A stretch of 64,000 bases of DNA from a virus. A program made the position numbers and the translations under genes. Of the stretch, positions 27,295 through 35,094 are shown in pieces. The stretch lies in the IMG/VR virus record IMGVR_UViG_3300021963_006848, positions 33,039 to 97,038 of that record. The stretch is one strand, 5' to 3'. The first letter of the stretch is position 1; the number at the start of each line of letters is the position of its first letter. The notes beneath the pieces are model-generated. The model searched no databases. It was not told where the DNA came from and worked only from the letters and a program-made list of their open reading frames with translations.

Positions 27295-28005
27295 TTAGTT
27301 GCGACATTTTCCTGCTAATTCTATATTCTTATAGAACTCAGCTCTACAAGAATCTTCTTTTAAAAATGCTCCTGAAAGTTTAGCTGTCTGCATTGAAGCA
27401 CCATTATGTTTAGTACCTCGGCAAGATACACAATTGTGTGTTGCATCTACCATTACAGCTACTCCTTCGTTACCTTCGCAGATCTTATCAATAGCATGAT
27501 GAATAGCTACTGTTAATTGCTCTTGGATAGCTCCTCGACGACCGAAGTATTCTACAATACGGTTTAGTTTAGATAATCCAATAACCTTACCGTCTTTACC
27601 TGGAATATAAGCTACACTAACTCGACCTTGAATAGTCTGGTGATGATGTGAACACATCGAAGTTAAAGGAATGTTACTTTCCTGTACTAATCCGTCATAA
27701 CCGTCTGATGGGAATGCTGTAATTTCTGGTGGTGCTGAGAATCGACCTGCCCATAGGTCATTTACGTATGCTTTTGCTACTCGACGTGGAGTATCAGATG
27801 AGTTTGGATCATTTCTCCAATCACACCCTAAAGCATCTAAGAACTTACCGAATGCTTCTGCAGCGTTTGAGATAATTTCATATTTCTCAGAGTCGGTAAG
27901 ATGAACATCTACCATTTTACTAATTTTTTGCTTTTCAGCTAACTGTGTGGATAAACCATTTGCGTAACCTGCTTCGGTTACCTCTAACGAATACTTCTTC
28001 TTCAT
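27295..28005 (-). CDS. folE: GTP cyclohydrolase I
   Basis: DTPRRVAK, SMCSHH, GLSKLNR, QEQLT, HNCVSCRG. Confidence 0.96.
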   Translation of the reverse strand: MKKKYSLEVTEAGYANGLSTQLAEKQKISKMVDVHLTDSEKYEIISNAAEAFGKFLDALGCDWRNDPNSSDTPRRVAKAYVNDLWAGRFSAPPEITAFPSDGYDGLVQESNIPLTSMCSHHHQTIQGRVSVAYIPGKDGKVIGLSKLNRIVEYFGRRGAIQEQLTVAIHHAIDKICEGNEGVAVMVDATHNCVSCRGTKHNGASMQTAKLSGAFLKEDSCRAEFYKNIELAGKCRN

Positions 28006-28015
28006 TTTATATGTT

Positions 28016-28042
28016 TGTTTTTAAAGTGGTGCTACGACACTA
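28016..28042 (-). promoter_or_regulatory. preQ1-I-like riboswitch candidate, copy 1 (folE leader)
   Basis: AGUG-UCGUAGCAC-CACU-UUAAAAACA; 27 nt identical to 31310-31336; lies between the promoter at 28052-28082 and the folE ATG. Confidence 0.7.
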
Positions 28043-28051
28043 CTATAACTT

Positions 28052-28082
28052 AATTTACGAAAACTTTGCTTAAGATCCAAAT
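28052..28082 (-). promoter_or_regulatory. Bacteroidota-type promoter
   Basis: ATTTG-N16-TTCGTAAATT. Confidence 0.7.
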
Positions 28083-28504
28083 TATTTCAAGTAATCTTGA
28101 ACGTAATCACTGTCTTTATTTTCCCAGGGGAATACTAACCATCTAGCATCATCGATTAACTCGCAATACTTATCCGGAACGTACTTACTATTATGCCTAA
28201 ATGCTAATGATAAAGTTAAAAATTCATAAGCATCAATTTCTGCAAAAGTAATACCTGTATCGCATATATCATCTACTACTAGAGTTTTATGTCTCAGTCG
28301 AGTAGGTAGTAATTTAGCGTCTGCTAAACTTATATAATTAATTTTGTACCTATGTGAAATTAGAACTGCAGGAATTAAACCTCCTCTAGGTAAACCTGTA
28401 ACGTATGCTATAGGTTCTTGACAATCTAGCCACATTCCAATTTTATCAATTTGACTCTCCACCCACTCCCAGGTAAGGTCTCTTGTAATAATTACTTCTC
28501 TCAT
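28082..28504 (-). CDS. type I phosphoribosyltransferase (Gpt/Hpt-like)
   Basis: GLPRGGLIPA, LVVDDICDTGIT PRPP loop, WLVFPWE. Confidence 0.9.
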   Translation of the reverse strand: MREVIITRDLTWEWVESQIDKIGMWLDCQEPIAYVTGLPRGGLIPAVLISHRYKINYISLADAKLLPTRLRHKTLVVDDICDTGITFAEIDAYEFLTLSLAFRHNSKYVPDKYCELIDDARWLVFPWENKDSDYVQDYLK

Positions 28505-28899
28505 TTATTAGAAGTAGTGTAGCTAATTGAACTTCCGGACGGATATCCTAAAGTAGTTGATGTTTTTGTAAATGGCGGTGTAGCATATGTAATTGAACCA
28601 CCACCCGGTGTTGTTGTAACTACTGCCTGCGTAGTACATGTTCCTGATAATCCTATCGGGTTAGTAAGTGGTACATCTCCTACATAAAATGGATTTACCT
28701 TATGAGGTTCTTGCCATCTTGGATATGATTCATGTACTCTAAAAGTGTTGTGATCTGAAATGATACCTCCAAGTGGTATTGAATCGTCTACTTCTTTTAA
28801 CTTATCTTTTAATGCATCCCATTGTTTTGGAGTTGGTGCGTACTCGTGGCAAGCTTCTACAAAACCTTGCATCCATGTAACAAATTCTTTTGATGTCAT
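28501..28899 (-). CDS. hypothetical protein
   Basis: 132 aa, F..W..GF N-terminus, Thr-rich tail. Confidence 0.65.
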   Translation of the reverse strand: MTSKEFVTWMQGFVEACHEYAPTPKQWDALKDKLKEVDDSIPLGGIISDHNTFRVHESYPRWQEPHKVNPFYVGDVPLTNPIGLSGTCTTQAVVTTTPGGGSITYATPPFTKTSTTLGYPSGSSISYTTSNK

Positions 28900-28904
28900 A
28901 ACTT

Positions 28905-29504
28905 TTAATTACAATTTATTTTATATTCTTGCCATTTTTTAGTAGGCGGTTGATTCGGAAAATAATAACATTCAGTTTTACCGCTCTTAGTAAATTTAAT
29001 TACTTTATAAAATGCATCAGGTACTGTGGCATTTGTAGGTAGTTTGATAGACTTATCGCTGAAAATTGCTCTAACTGTTACTTCTAACACTTCTGTATCT
29101 GCCCATACTCTCTCTTGTGCTTCCAATAGTCGCCACTCTCCTCTATTTAATCTTTCATTCTGTAAAGCAGAATTTAGATAGGTAAAAGTCTGTTTTAAGT
29201 TCTCTTTGGAGTCGGTAAAATGTGCAGCAGGAGCCATATGTCCTTTATCGTATATGTTTGCTGCGTAGTCATTATTATCAGATGTATGGTAATCTTTCTC
29301 TGTGTAGAAATCTAACCCTTTTCTATCTGCTACTTTTACTATAGGTCTTGCAGTGTATTTAACCCAGAGAGGCTGTTCTTTAGTCTCTGAATACATTACT
29401 TCAAATATTGGAGTTTTAACTAGTACTGAATCTCGTAATTGCCCGTAAGCAGTTGTTAATGTTAATAAAAATGCTAAAAGAAGCAAATTCGATTTTCTTC
29501 CCAT
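28905..29504 (-). CDS. exported DNA/RNA non-specific endonuclease (NucA-like)
   Basis: Signal peptide AYG/Q; DKGHMAPA, TF.Y.N..Q...LNRGEW..LE, VPDAFYKV. Confidence 0.9.
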   Translation of the reverse strand: MGRKSNLLLLAFLLTLTTAYGQLRDSVLVKTPIFEVMYSETKEQPLWVKYTARPIVKVADRKGLDFYTEKDYHTSDNNDYAANIYDKGHMAPAAHFTDSKENLKQTFTYLNSALQNERLNRGEWRLLEAQERVWADTEVLEVTVRAIFSDKSIKLPTNATVPDAFYKVIKFTKSGKTECYYFPNQPPTKKWQEYKINCN

Positions 29505-29764
29505 CTGTAATTGTTTAACTGTTTATAATCGGTTTCTGATAAAATTGTAACATTTTGAGTATCTACAGGATGTTCATCTATGTAGTTAATTAACTCTAGG
29601 AAAGTTACAGGACCAAATTCTATTTCGTCGTAATCTTCTGTTATTAAGTGAAGGTTACCGTTCTGTACTTTATAATCCCATACAATCAAACCATCTACTA
29701 GTATTTCAACATCTCCCATGTTGTCTATACCCACTTCAAATTTTAATATATCTTCTAAGTTCAT
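29474..29764 (-). CDS. acidic hypothetical protein; start revised to MNLEDIL
   Basis: TATTTATA motif at 29771-29778 precedes the ATG at 29764. Confidence 0.6.
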   Translation of the reverse strand: MNLEDILKFEVGIDNMGDVEILVDGLIVWDYKVQNGNLHLITEDYDEIEFGPVTFLELINYIDEHPVDTQNVTILSETDYKQLNNYRWEENRICFF

Positions 29765-29783
29765 AGTAAATATAAATAGAGGT

Positions 29784-30566
29784 TTACACAGCTCTCTTGG
29801 TATCAAAAGCAATAATATGCTCTCTACCTGTAAATCGGTATGCATTTTGAGTACACCATTCTATAACTAAAGGATATACTCTAATTAGCTCTTGACGATT
29901 ATCTCCTGGAGGCATTATAATTACCTTATTTTTAGGTATCTCTAACTCATCCAACCAAGCTCTTGTCTCTAACCATTCTTCAGGTCTCTCTACTGGATTA
30001 GCTACGATTTTAACGTGGTAATCTTTATGGTATGCCAATGTCTCTTTAATTGCTTCTTTATTGAGACGATGCCTGTTGTGCGTGTCAATAAGCTTCTGGT
30101 CCGTAACTGCACCTTGAGGAGTAAGTACCCCCAATACAGGCACACTATTGGTAAACTTAGGACTAAGACTAATAAGGTCAATAGGATAGTCGGTAGCGAG
30201 GAAATGGCTCCCTTCAGTCTCGATGGTAATAATGATACCTCTTTCATGAGCAAAATGTGTTAATTCGTTAACTAAAGCTGGATGCATTGTTGGTGAACCC
30301 CCTGTTAACATCATCTCCTTCACTTCTGGGTTCTCATCGTATATCTTAACGATATCGTTGAAATTATAAATACCTTTTTCTGGATGTATACTGGTATACC
30401 AAGAGTCACACCATCCGCCTTCTCCAAAGTAACAACGGTGAGTACAACCTGTAGTTCTAATTGCTACAGTTGGGTAGCCAGCTCTTGAACCTTCTGATTG
30501 TACGCAAGTGTACAATTCTACGATAGGTAACTTTTTACTATAATCTGTAATTCTTCCTAAACTCAT
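29784..30566 (-). CDS. queE: 7-carboxy-7-deazaguanine synthase (radical SAM)
   Basis: QSEG...G.PT..IRTTGC...C...WCDS, TGGSP, IETEG, SLSPK. Confidence 0.92.
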   Translation of the reverse strand: MSLGRITDYSKKLPIVELYTCVQSEGSRAGYPTVAIRTTGCTHRCYFGEGGWCDSWYTSIHPEKGIYNFNDIVKIYDENPEVKEMMLTGGSPTMHPALVNELTHFAHERGIIITIETEGSHFLATDYPIDLISLSPKFTNSVPVLGVLTPQGAVTDQKLIDTHNRHRLNKEAIKETLAYHKDYHVKIVANPVERPEEWLETRAWLDELEIPKNKVIIMPPGDNRQELIRVYPLVIEWCTQNAYRFTGREHIIAFDTKRAV

Positions 30567-30577
30567 TATTTTTTATT

Positions 30578-31039
30578 TTATGCTTGATAAGATGCAGAAT
30601 TTCTTTCGTGTTCGTAAACTTCTACTTTTACAGCTTTTACTCGTCCTTCGGTTTCTGCTTCTAAGAACTCATTAATTTCGTTATACAGATACTCTGCAAA
30701 TCTTTCACATCCTGTTGCAGGAAGTATACGTAACTGTATTATACCGTCTTCATCCATCTGCTTAAAGTTCTCTAAATATGGATCATCCTCTGCTACTATT
30801 GTAGTATGGTCTAATAAGTAGTTAAAGAAGTCTTTAGGTGAACTACCGTACATAGTAGTCTTTGCTCTCTTCATTCCACCAAAGTCCCATACCCAGTTAC
30901 GTTCGTCTAATTCTCCTTCGAACCATACTCTAAAAGATACTGCGTATCCATGTAAATACTTACAGTGAGTTCCTTCTGCTTTCCATTGACGAAAACAAGT
31001 AGAGTATCCGTCAAATAATTTTGTTGATTGAAATTTCAT
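30578..31039 (-). CDS. queD: 6-carboxy-5,6,7,8-tetrahydropterin synthase
   Basis: HCKYLHGY, DFG, LDH, E..A, EVYE...NSA. Confidence 0.9.
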   Translation of the reverse strand: MKFQSTKLFDGYSTCFRQWKAEGTHCKYLHGYAVSFRVWFEGELDERNWVWDFGGMKRAKTTMYGSSPKDFFNYLLDHTTIVAEDDPYLENFKQMDEDGIIQLRILPATGCERFAEYLYNEINEFLEAETEGRVKAVKVEVYEHERNSASYQA

Positions 31040-31049
31040 ATTGTATAAT

Positions 31050-31304
31050 TTAAACTAATTCTTCGTAAATTCCAACTAGTTCGGAAACAATTAACAATAC
31101 GGCTGCAATCTCTATTGAAAAAAATAGAGCTACATATCCTGCAATCCTAATACCGGATTTAAGGAAACTTACTAGTTGGTGTTTTTTTGGATCGGGAAGT
31201 TTTTGACCTTTTATTACTAAATCGTCATAAAAAGTTACTGCAGGTTTTACTTTTTTACCTTTCAGATTTCGAGATGCGTGTACTACATCATGCGGGTTTG
31301 TCAT
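31050..31304 (-). CDS. small membrane protein leading the queD-queE operon
   Basis: 84 aa with hydrophobic C-terminal half; downstream of riboswitch copy 2. Confidence 0.65.
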   Translation of the reverse strand: MTNPHDVVHASRNLKGKKVKPAVTFYDDLVIKGQKLPDPKKHQLVSFLKSGIRIAGYVALFFSIEIAAVLLIVSELVGIYEELV

Positions 31305-31309
31305 GGGTG

Positions 31310-31336
31310 TGTTTTTAAAGTGGTGCTACGACACTA
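31310..31336 (-). promoter_or_regulatory. preQ1-I-like riboswitch candidate, copy 2
   Basis: Identical 27-mer; lies between the promoter at 31349-31379 and the ATG at 31304. Confidence 0.7.
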
Positions 31337-31348
31337 TTGTCTAAAACT

Positions 31349-31379
31349 AATGTACGAATAATTATCTTACGAAACAACT
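31349..31379 (-). promoter_or_regulatory. Bacteroidota-type promoter
   Basis: AGTTG-N16-TTCGTACATT. Confidence 0.75.
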
Positions 31380-31383
31380 TTTA

Positions 31384-31500
31384 CTAAAAATTCTTATAAA
31401 TAAAAGGGTCTCTTTTTTTTAATTCTTCTATTTTCTTCTTAAACTCTCTTTTCTTTTTCCAGTTTTTGAAAAGTTTCTTTATAGTATCTAAAAATTTCAT
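31384..31500 (-). CDS. 38-aa basic peptide coupled to the carbamoyltransferase (DPFIY motif)
   Basis: MKFLDTIKKLFKNWKKKREFKKKIEELKKRDPFIYKNF; ATGA overlap with the upstream stop. Confidence 0.65.
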   Translation of the reverse strand: MKFLDTIKKLFKNWKKKREFKKKIEELKKRDPFIYKNF

Positions 31501-33176
31501 TTGTGTTTCATTTTAATAATGAGGTAGTTATCTATTACAAGAAAATCCATCTTACTATCTAAAAATCTCTCTACTGCTTGCTTTGGTGTTATAGTAATTG
31601 TCTGATCCTTAAAATTAAAAGATGTATTTAAACATATAGGATAACCTGATATACGTTTCAATGCTAAAAGCAATTGGTAATACCTTGGGTTTTGTTCTTT
31701 AGTAACTGTTTGAACTCTTGCTGTATTATCAATATGAGTAATAGAAGGTAGTCTGTGGTTCTTTTTAACTTCTACAACTTGATTCATATAAGGTACCGGT
31801 TCTTTTATATCGAAAAATATTTTAGCGTCTTCTTCTATACATGAAGGAGCGAAAGGTCTAAAGCTTTCTCTCTTTTTGATAACTTTGTTGATTTTATCTT
31901 TAATACCTGGATGAAGAGGTGAAGCAAGTATAGACCTATTACCTAGAGCTCTTGCTCCAAATTCCATATTACCTTGGAACCATCCTACTATATTCCCGCT
32001 ATGGATTATAGATGCTACCTTATTCAGAAGTCTCTCTTCTGTAGGGTATCTAAAGTAGTATATCTTGTTACCAAAGTACTCTAATTGAGTACGTATACTT
32101 ACTTCATTGAAAGAAGGACCTGTGTAAGGAACGCTATTATCCTTTCTAGGACCTTTATAAGATGCTAAGCATGCACCAATAGCAGAACCTGCATCTGAAG
32201 GTGCAAATGGTATGTGGATTGATGAATAATGTTTATATGCTTTTGTGTTAGCTAATCCATTATACGCACATCCGCCTCCTAAACAGAGATTATCAGAATT
32301 AACTAATTCTTTAGCTTTCTCTAGAATTCTATTAAACTGCTTTTCGTAAATAAACTGTACAGCTGCTGCTAGATCATAATCATCTTGTGTAATTTCATCT
32401 TCCGGAAGGCGAGGACCTCTACCTAATACATTACATAGGTCAGAAGTAAACATTATCTTATCTGAATACTCCCAAGTAAAGTATTCTGGGTAAAATGAAA
32501 AAATTGATTCTTTTTCGAATTTAAAAAGCTTATGAAGGAATGGAACATACTTACTAGCATCTCCATATCCAGCCATACCCATAACTTTGTACTCACCTTC
32601 GTTAGGTTTGAAGCCAAGAAATGCGGTAAAGGTAGAGTAGAATAATCCTAAAGATTCTGGGAAGTTAATAGCAAATACTTTTTCTATAGAACTATCTTTT
32701 GCTTTTGAAATTGTAACTGTTTCAAACTCTCCAACTCCGTCTATAGTTACAACTGCCGCTTCTTTGTAAGGGCTAGTAAAATAGGAAAATGCTGCGTGAG
32801 ATAAATGGTGTTCAACATACCTAACAGGGCCTTGGTATAGGAAATGTTTTGCTAATAAAAAGTTAGGATTGTGAAGTTCTTTTCTCTCTTTGAGAAATTT
32901 TAATCTTCTAAAGAATGTACGAAAAGGATATTTGTTAAAAGATTTGAGTACTCTTGCTCTCTTTAATTCTGGAATCTCATACCAGCAAACTTCGTCAATG
33001 TCGTTTATTGTAAGTTTACTTGCTCTTAAAACCCATTTGATCGCATCTACTGGAAAACTATCGTCATGTTTGATACCTGATAGCTTTTCTTGTTCAATGG
33101 CATAAAGAACCTTACCGTCTTTAACGATGCATGCTGCAGAGTCGTGGTAAAATGCTGAAATGCCTAGTTGTATCAT
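31497..33176 (-). CDS. O-carbamoyltransferase, NodU/CmcH family
   Basis: HDSAA, EHHLSHAA, DGVGE, YKVMGMAGYG, EFGARALGNRS, RESFRPFAP, LNTSFN. Confidence 0.95.
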   Translation of the reverse strand: MIQLGISAFYHDSAACIVKDGKVLYAIEQEKLSGIKHDDSFPVDAIKWVLRASKLTINDIDEVCWYEIPELKRARVLKSFNKYPFRTFFRRLKFLKERKELHNPNFLLAKHFLYQGPVRYVEHHLSHAAFSYFTSPYKEAAVVTIDGVGEFETVTISKAKDSSIEKVFAINFPESLGLFYSTFTAFLGFKPNEGEYKVMGMAGYGDASKYVPFLHKLFKFEKESIFSFYPEYFTWEYSDKIMFTSDLCNVLGRGPRLPEDEITQDDYDLAAAVQFIYEKQFNRILEKAKELVNSDNLCLGGGCAYNGLANTKAYKHYSSIHIPFAPSDAGSAIGACLASYKGPRKDNSVPYTGPSFNEVSIRTQLEYFGNKIYYFRYPTEERLLNKVASIIHSGNIVGWFQGNMEFGARALGNRSILASPLHPGIKDKINKVIKKRESFRPFAPSCIEEDAKIFFDIKEPVPYMNQVVEVKKNHRLPSITHIDNTARVQTVTKEQNPRYYQLLLALKRISGYPICLNTSFNFKDQTITITPKQAVERFLDSKMDFLVIDNYLIIKMKHK

Positions 33177-33214
33177 ACTCTTATAAATAGAACTTTATTA
33201 TTTTTTACTAGACG

Positions 33215-33288
33215 TGGACCAACCTGGGCTCGAACCAGGGACCTACTGATTATGAGTCAGTTGCTCTAACCAACTGAGCTATAAGTCC
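33215..33288 (-). tRNA. tRNA with CAT anticodon, probably Ile2 (lysidine type), otherwise elongator Met
   Basis: GGACTTATAGCTCAGTTGGTTAGAGCAACTGACT-CAT-AATCAGTAGGTCCCTGGTTCGAGCCCAGGTTGGTCCA. Confidence 0.9.
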
Positions 33289-33291
33289 AAG

Positions 33292-33388
33292 TACCTACCA
33301 GATGAATATTTTATCCCCATATGGGCCACGGCCATTAAGTGCGTTACTTTCATTCATCGGCCATCACACAGTTTCACTGCTTAAGGTA
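33292..33388 (-). ncRNA. small structured element between tRNA genes
   Basis: TACCT/AGGTA ends, GATGAAT/ATTCATC, ATGGCC/GGCCGT crossing pair, CCCATATGGG hairpin. Confidence 0.4.
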
Positions 33389-33392
33389 AGTG

Positions 33393-33561
33393 CTGTAGAG
33401 GAAGGAGTCGAACCTTCACGCGGCGATTCAATAAATGACATTCTTGCTAGCTAGCGTGTGGTCAACCCATTATCATTTATCTATCTCTTATCCGCACCCT
33501 CGAGACGGGAGGGCATGTCTGCCACGACCGGGGACACCCCAATCCATTCCACCACTCTACA
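33393..33561 (-). ncRNA. 169-nt tRNA-like RNA with D-loop hairpin insert and very long variable arm
   Basis: Acceptor TGTAGAG/CTCTACA, T arm GAAGG-TTCGACT-CCTTC, stem CCCTC/GAGGG with loop CCGTCTC. Confidence 0.75.
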
Positions 33562-33577
33562 ATAAAAAAAAGAAACG

Positions 33578-33663
33578 TACCTCGAGCCAGAGTCGAACTG
33601 GCACGGGCGTTTCTGCCCACAAGATTTTAAGTCTTGCATGTCTACCTATTTCATCATCGAGGC
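33578..33663 (-). tRNA. tRNA-Leu(TAA)
   Basis: Class II cloverleaf, CAAGA-CTTAAAA-TCTTG, variable arm GGGC/GCCC. Confidence 0.95.
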
Positions 33664-33680
33664 AGGTACGTTAATTTTAA

Positions 33681-34536
33681 GTAAGCCTGAGACTACAGCT
33701 CTAACGCTAGATCTTTTGAGGTATTATCTTAATTCCCCTCTTGTCCAGAGACTTTTGATCTCTATTCTAGCAATGCTGGTTATTTAGGTGAACCACTCCT
33801 TGAGCTACTTATTATTTGGACTACTCTCTCCCTACTCGTCTCTATTCAAATCTGCCGACCTGATTAACCCTTGCGAGGCTATAGAACTTTCTAGAGAATC
33901 ACTCTTGACTTGCGATCTTAAGTGGCACTGAACAGCTCAGTACTATGTAAGCATCTTTCGTCCGTAGCTGGCAAGCGCTTTTGCTTTTATGATTATGTAT
34001 TTTTGAAAATGCAATAATTCAAAAGTTAGCGACTTGTGGATTGTAAAGGTAGCGGCCTGCCCTAAGCTCTCTTAACTTTTGATCAAGAGAATACTTAACT
34101 ACCTTTTGAAGTGTCCCCACCTCCATACTTTAAGATATCTTCATAACTAACATCTTGGTAGATGCTTGCTAAGGTAGATAACAGCACCACCTGTACACCT
34201 ACTTGCCTTTCAGCTTTAAGATACCTCTTATATTGAGCAACGCAATAATATACTTGGATAAGTATACTTCTTGCAAATACCCTACAGGTTAATCTTATTA
34301 CTCTTCCGAGCTCAACTAAACGACCCACATCGCCTAGTCACTAAACCACTTTCCCTAAAGTGTTACCCTCAGTACTTAAGGTTTAATGATACCCTGCTTG
34401 CATACTTAAGCTCTTGCGAGCCGCAAACTACCTCAGTCAAAGCAGTTCACTTTACACCGGTTTCCCGGTTTATTTACCGACTATATGCCGCCGAATGTTA
34501 TTTATGATTTAGCCGAAGCTTCATCAATGGATAACA
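33681..34536 (-). ncRNA. large (~850 nt) structured non-coding RNA, GOLLD-like
   Basis: No credible ORF, many GNRA/UUCG-capped hairpins, own promoter and boxA, followed by tRNAs; ends approximate. Confidence 0.7.
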
Positions 34537-34538
34537 AT

Positions 34539-34551
34539 GTTTTCAAAGAAC
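34539..34551 (-). promoter_or_regulatory. boxA-like antitermination element
   Basis: GTTCTTTGAAAAC just downstream of the promoter at 34566-34596. Confidence 0.55.
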
Positions 34552-34565
34552 GTTTTATTTAATTT

Positions 34566-34596
34566 AAGATAAGAACTTTATTTCGTATCTCCAACT
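34566..34596 (-). promoter_or_regulatory. Bacteroidota-type promoter for the ncRNA/tRNA operon
   Basis: AGTTG-N16-TTCTTATCTT. Confidence 0.7.
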
Positions 34597-34599
34597 AAT

Positions 34600-34827
34600 T
34601 TAGTAAATTTTATTTTCCTGATTTCTTCTAGCTTCTTCTGCTTCTTTGTACATATTAATCCATGTCAAAGATACATCTACAGGAGCTAAAACCCAAGCCA
34701 TAACTAAAACCATAATTGAGTCTAGTTCTGGAGAATTACCCATACTATCTACACCAACTCTTTTATACTTTTTATGTAATTGTATAAAACAGTAAATGAT
34801 ACAAATGATATAGTAGGGGACAAACAT
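34600..34827 (-). CDS. small membrane protein
   Basis: Two hydrophobic segments; promoter at 34847-34877. Confidence 0.6.
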   Translation of the reverse strand: MFVPYYIICIIYCFIQLHKKYKRVGVDSMGNSPELDSIMVLVMAWVLAPVDVSLTWINMYKEAEEARRNQENKIY

Positions 34828-34846
34828 ATAACTTCTTATTTAATTT

Positions 34847-34877
34847 AATATACGAACGTTAGTTCTAAATTGCAACT
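34847..34877 (-). promoter_or_regulatory. Bacteroidota-type promoter
   Basis: AGTTG-N16-TTCGTATATT. Confidence 0.75.
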
Positions 34878-34885
34878 TTTTTTTA

Positions 34886-35092
34886 TTAAAATTTTCCCGG
34901 CCTGAAATAGGGTATATAAGCTTTTCCTCTAATAGCACGTTGCTGATTGAAAGGGTGTGTTCTGAAGTAATACCCTCTGATTTTGTTTCGATGGTTCCAT
35001 AGTCGCTTTTCATGAATCGACATTTTCATTGGCATCCATACACAGCTACTTAGTAGTAATATAACACTCATTAATAATAATAACTTTTTCAT
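34886..35092 (-). CDS. small basic putative lipoprotein
   Basis: MKK, hydrophobic stretch, LSSC lipobox. Confidence 0.6.
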   Translation of the reverse strand: MKKLLLLMSVILLLSSCVWMPMKMSIHEKRLWNHRNKIRGYYFRTHPFNQQRAIRGKAYIPYFRPGKF

Positions 35093-35094
35093 AA

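Noticed and set aside
31395-31402. TATAAATA copy at 31395
   Set aside because: It lies inside the 38-aa ORF (F-I-Y-K codons) and is probably coincidental
33292-33388. Firm call as a theta/HDV-like, hammerhead or twister ribozyme
   Set aside because: The catalytic consensus residues were not found; kept only as an unassigned structured element
33393-33561. tRNA-Asp(GTC)
   Set aside because: GTC is at the loop centre, but C33, U37, the Leu-type scaffold and the large inserts are incompatible with a normal tRNA-Asp
33574-33672. Inverted repeat AACGTACCT/AGGTACGTT around tRNA-Leu as an att site or mobile-element end
   Set aside because: Only 9 bp, partly within the acceptor stem, and no integrase or transposase nearby
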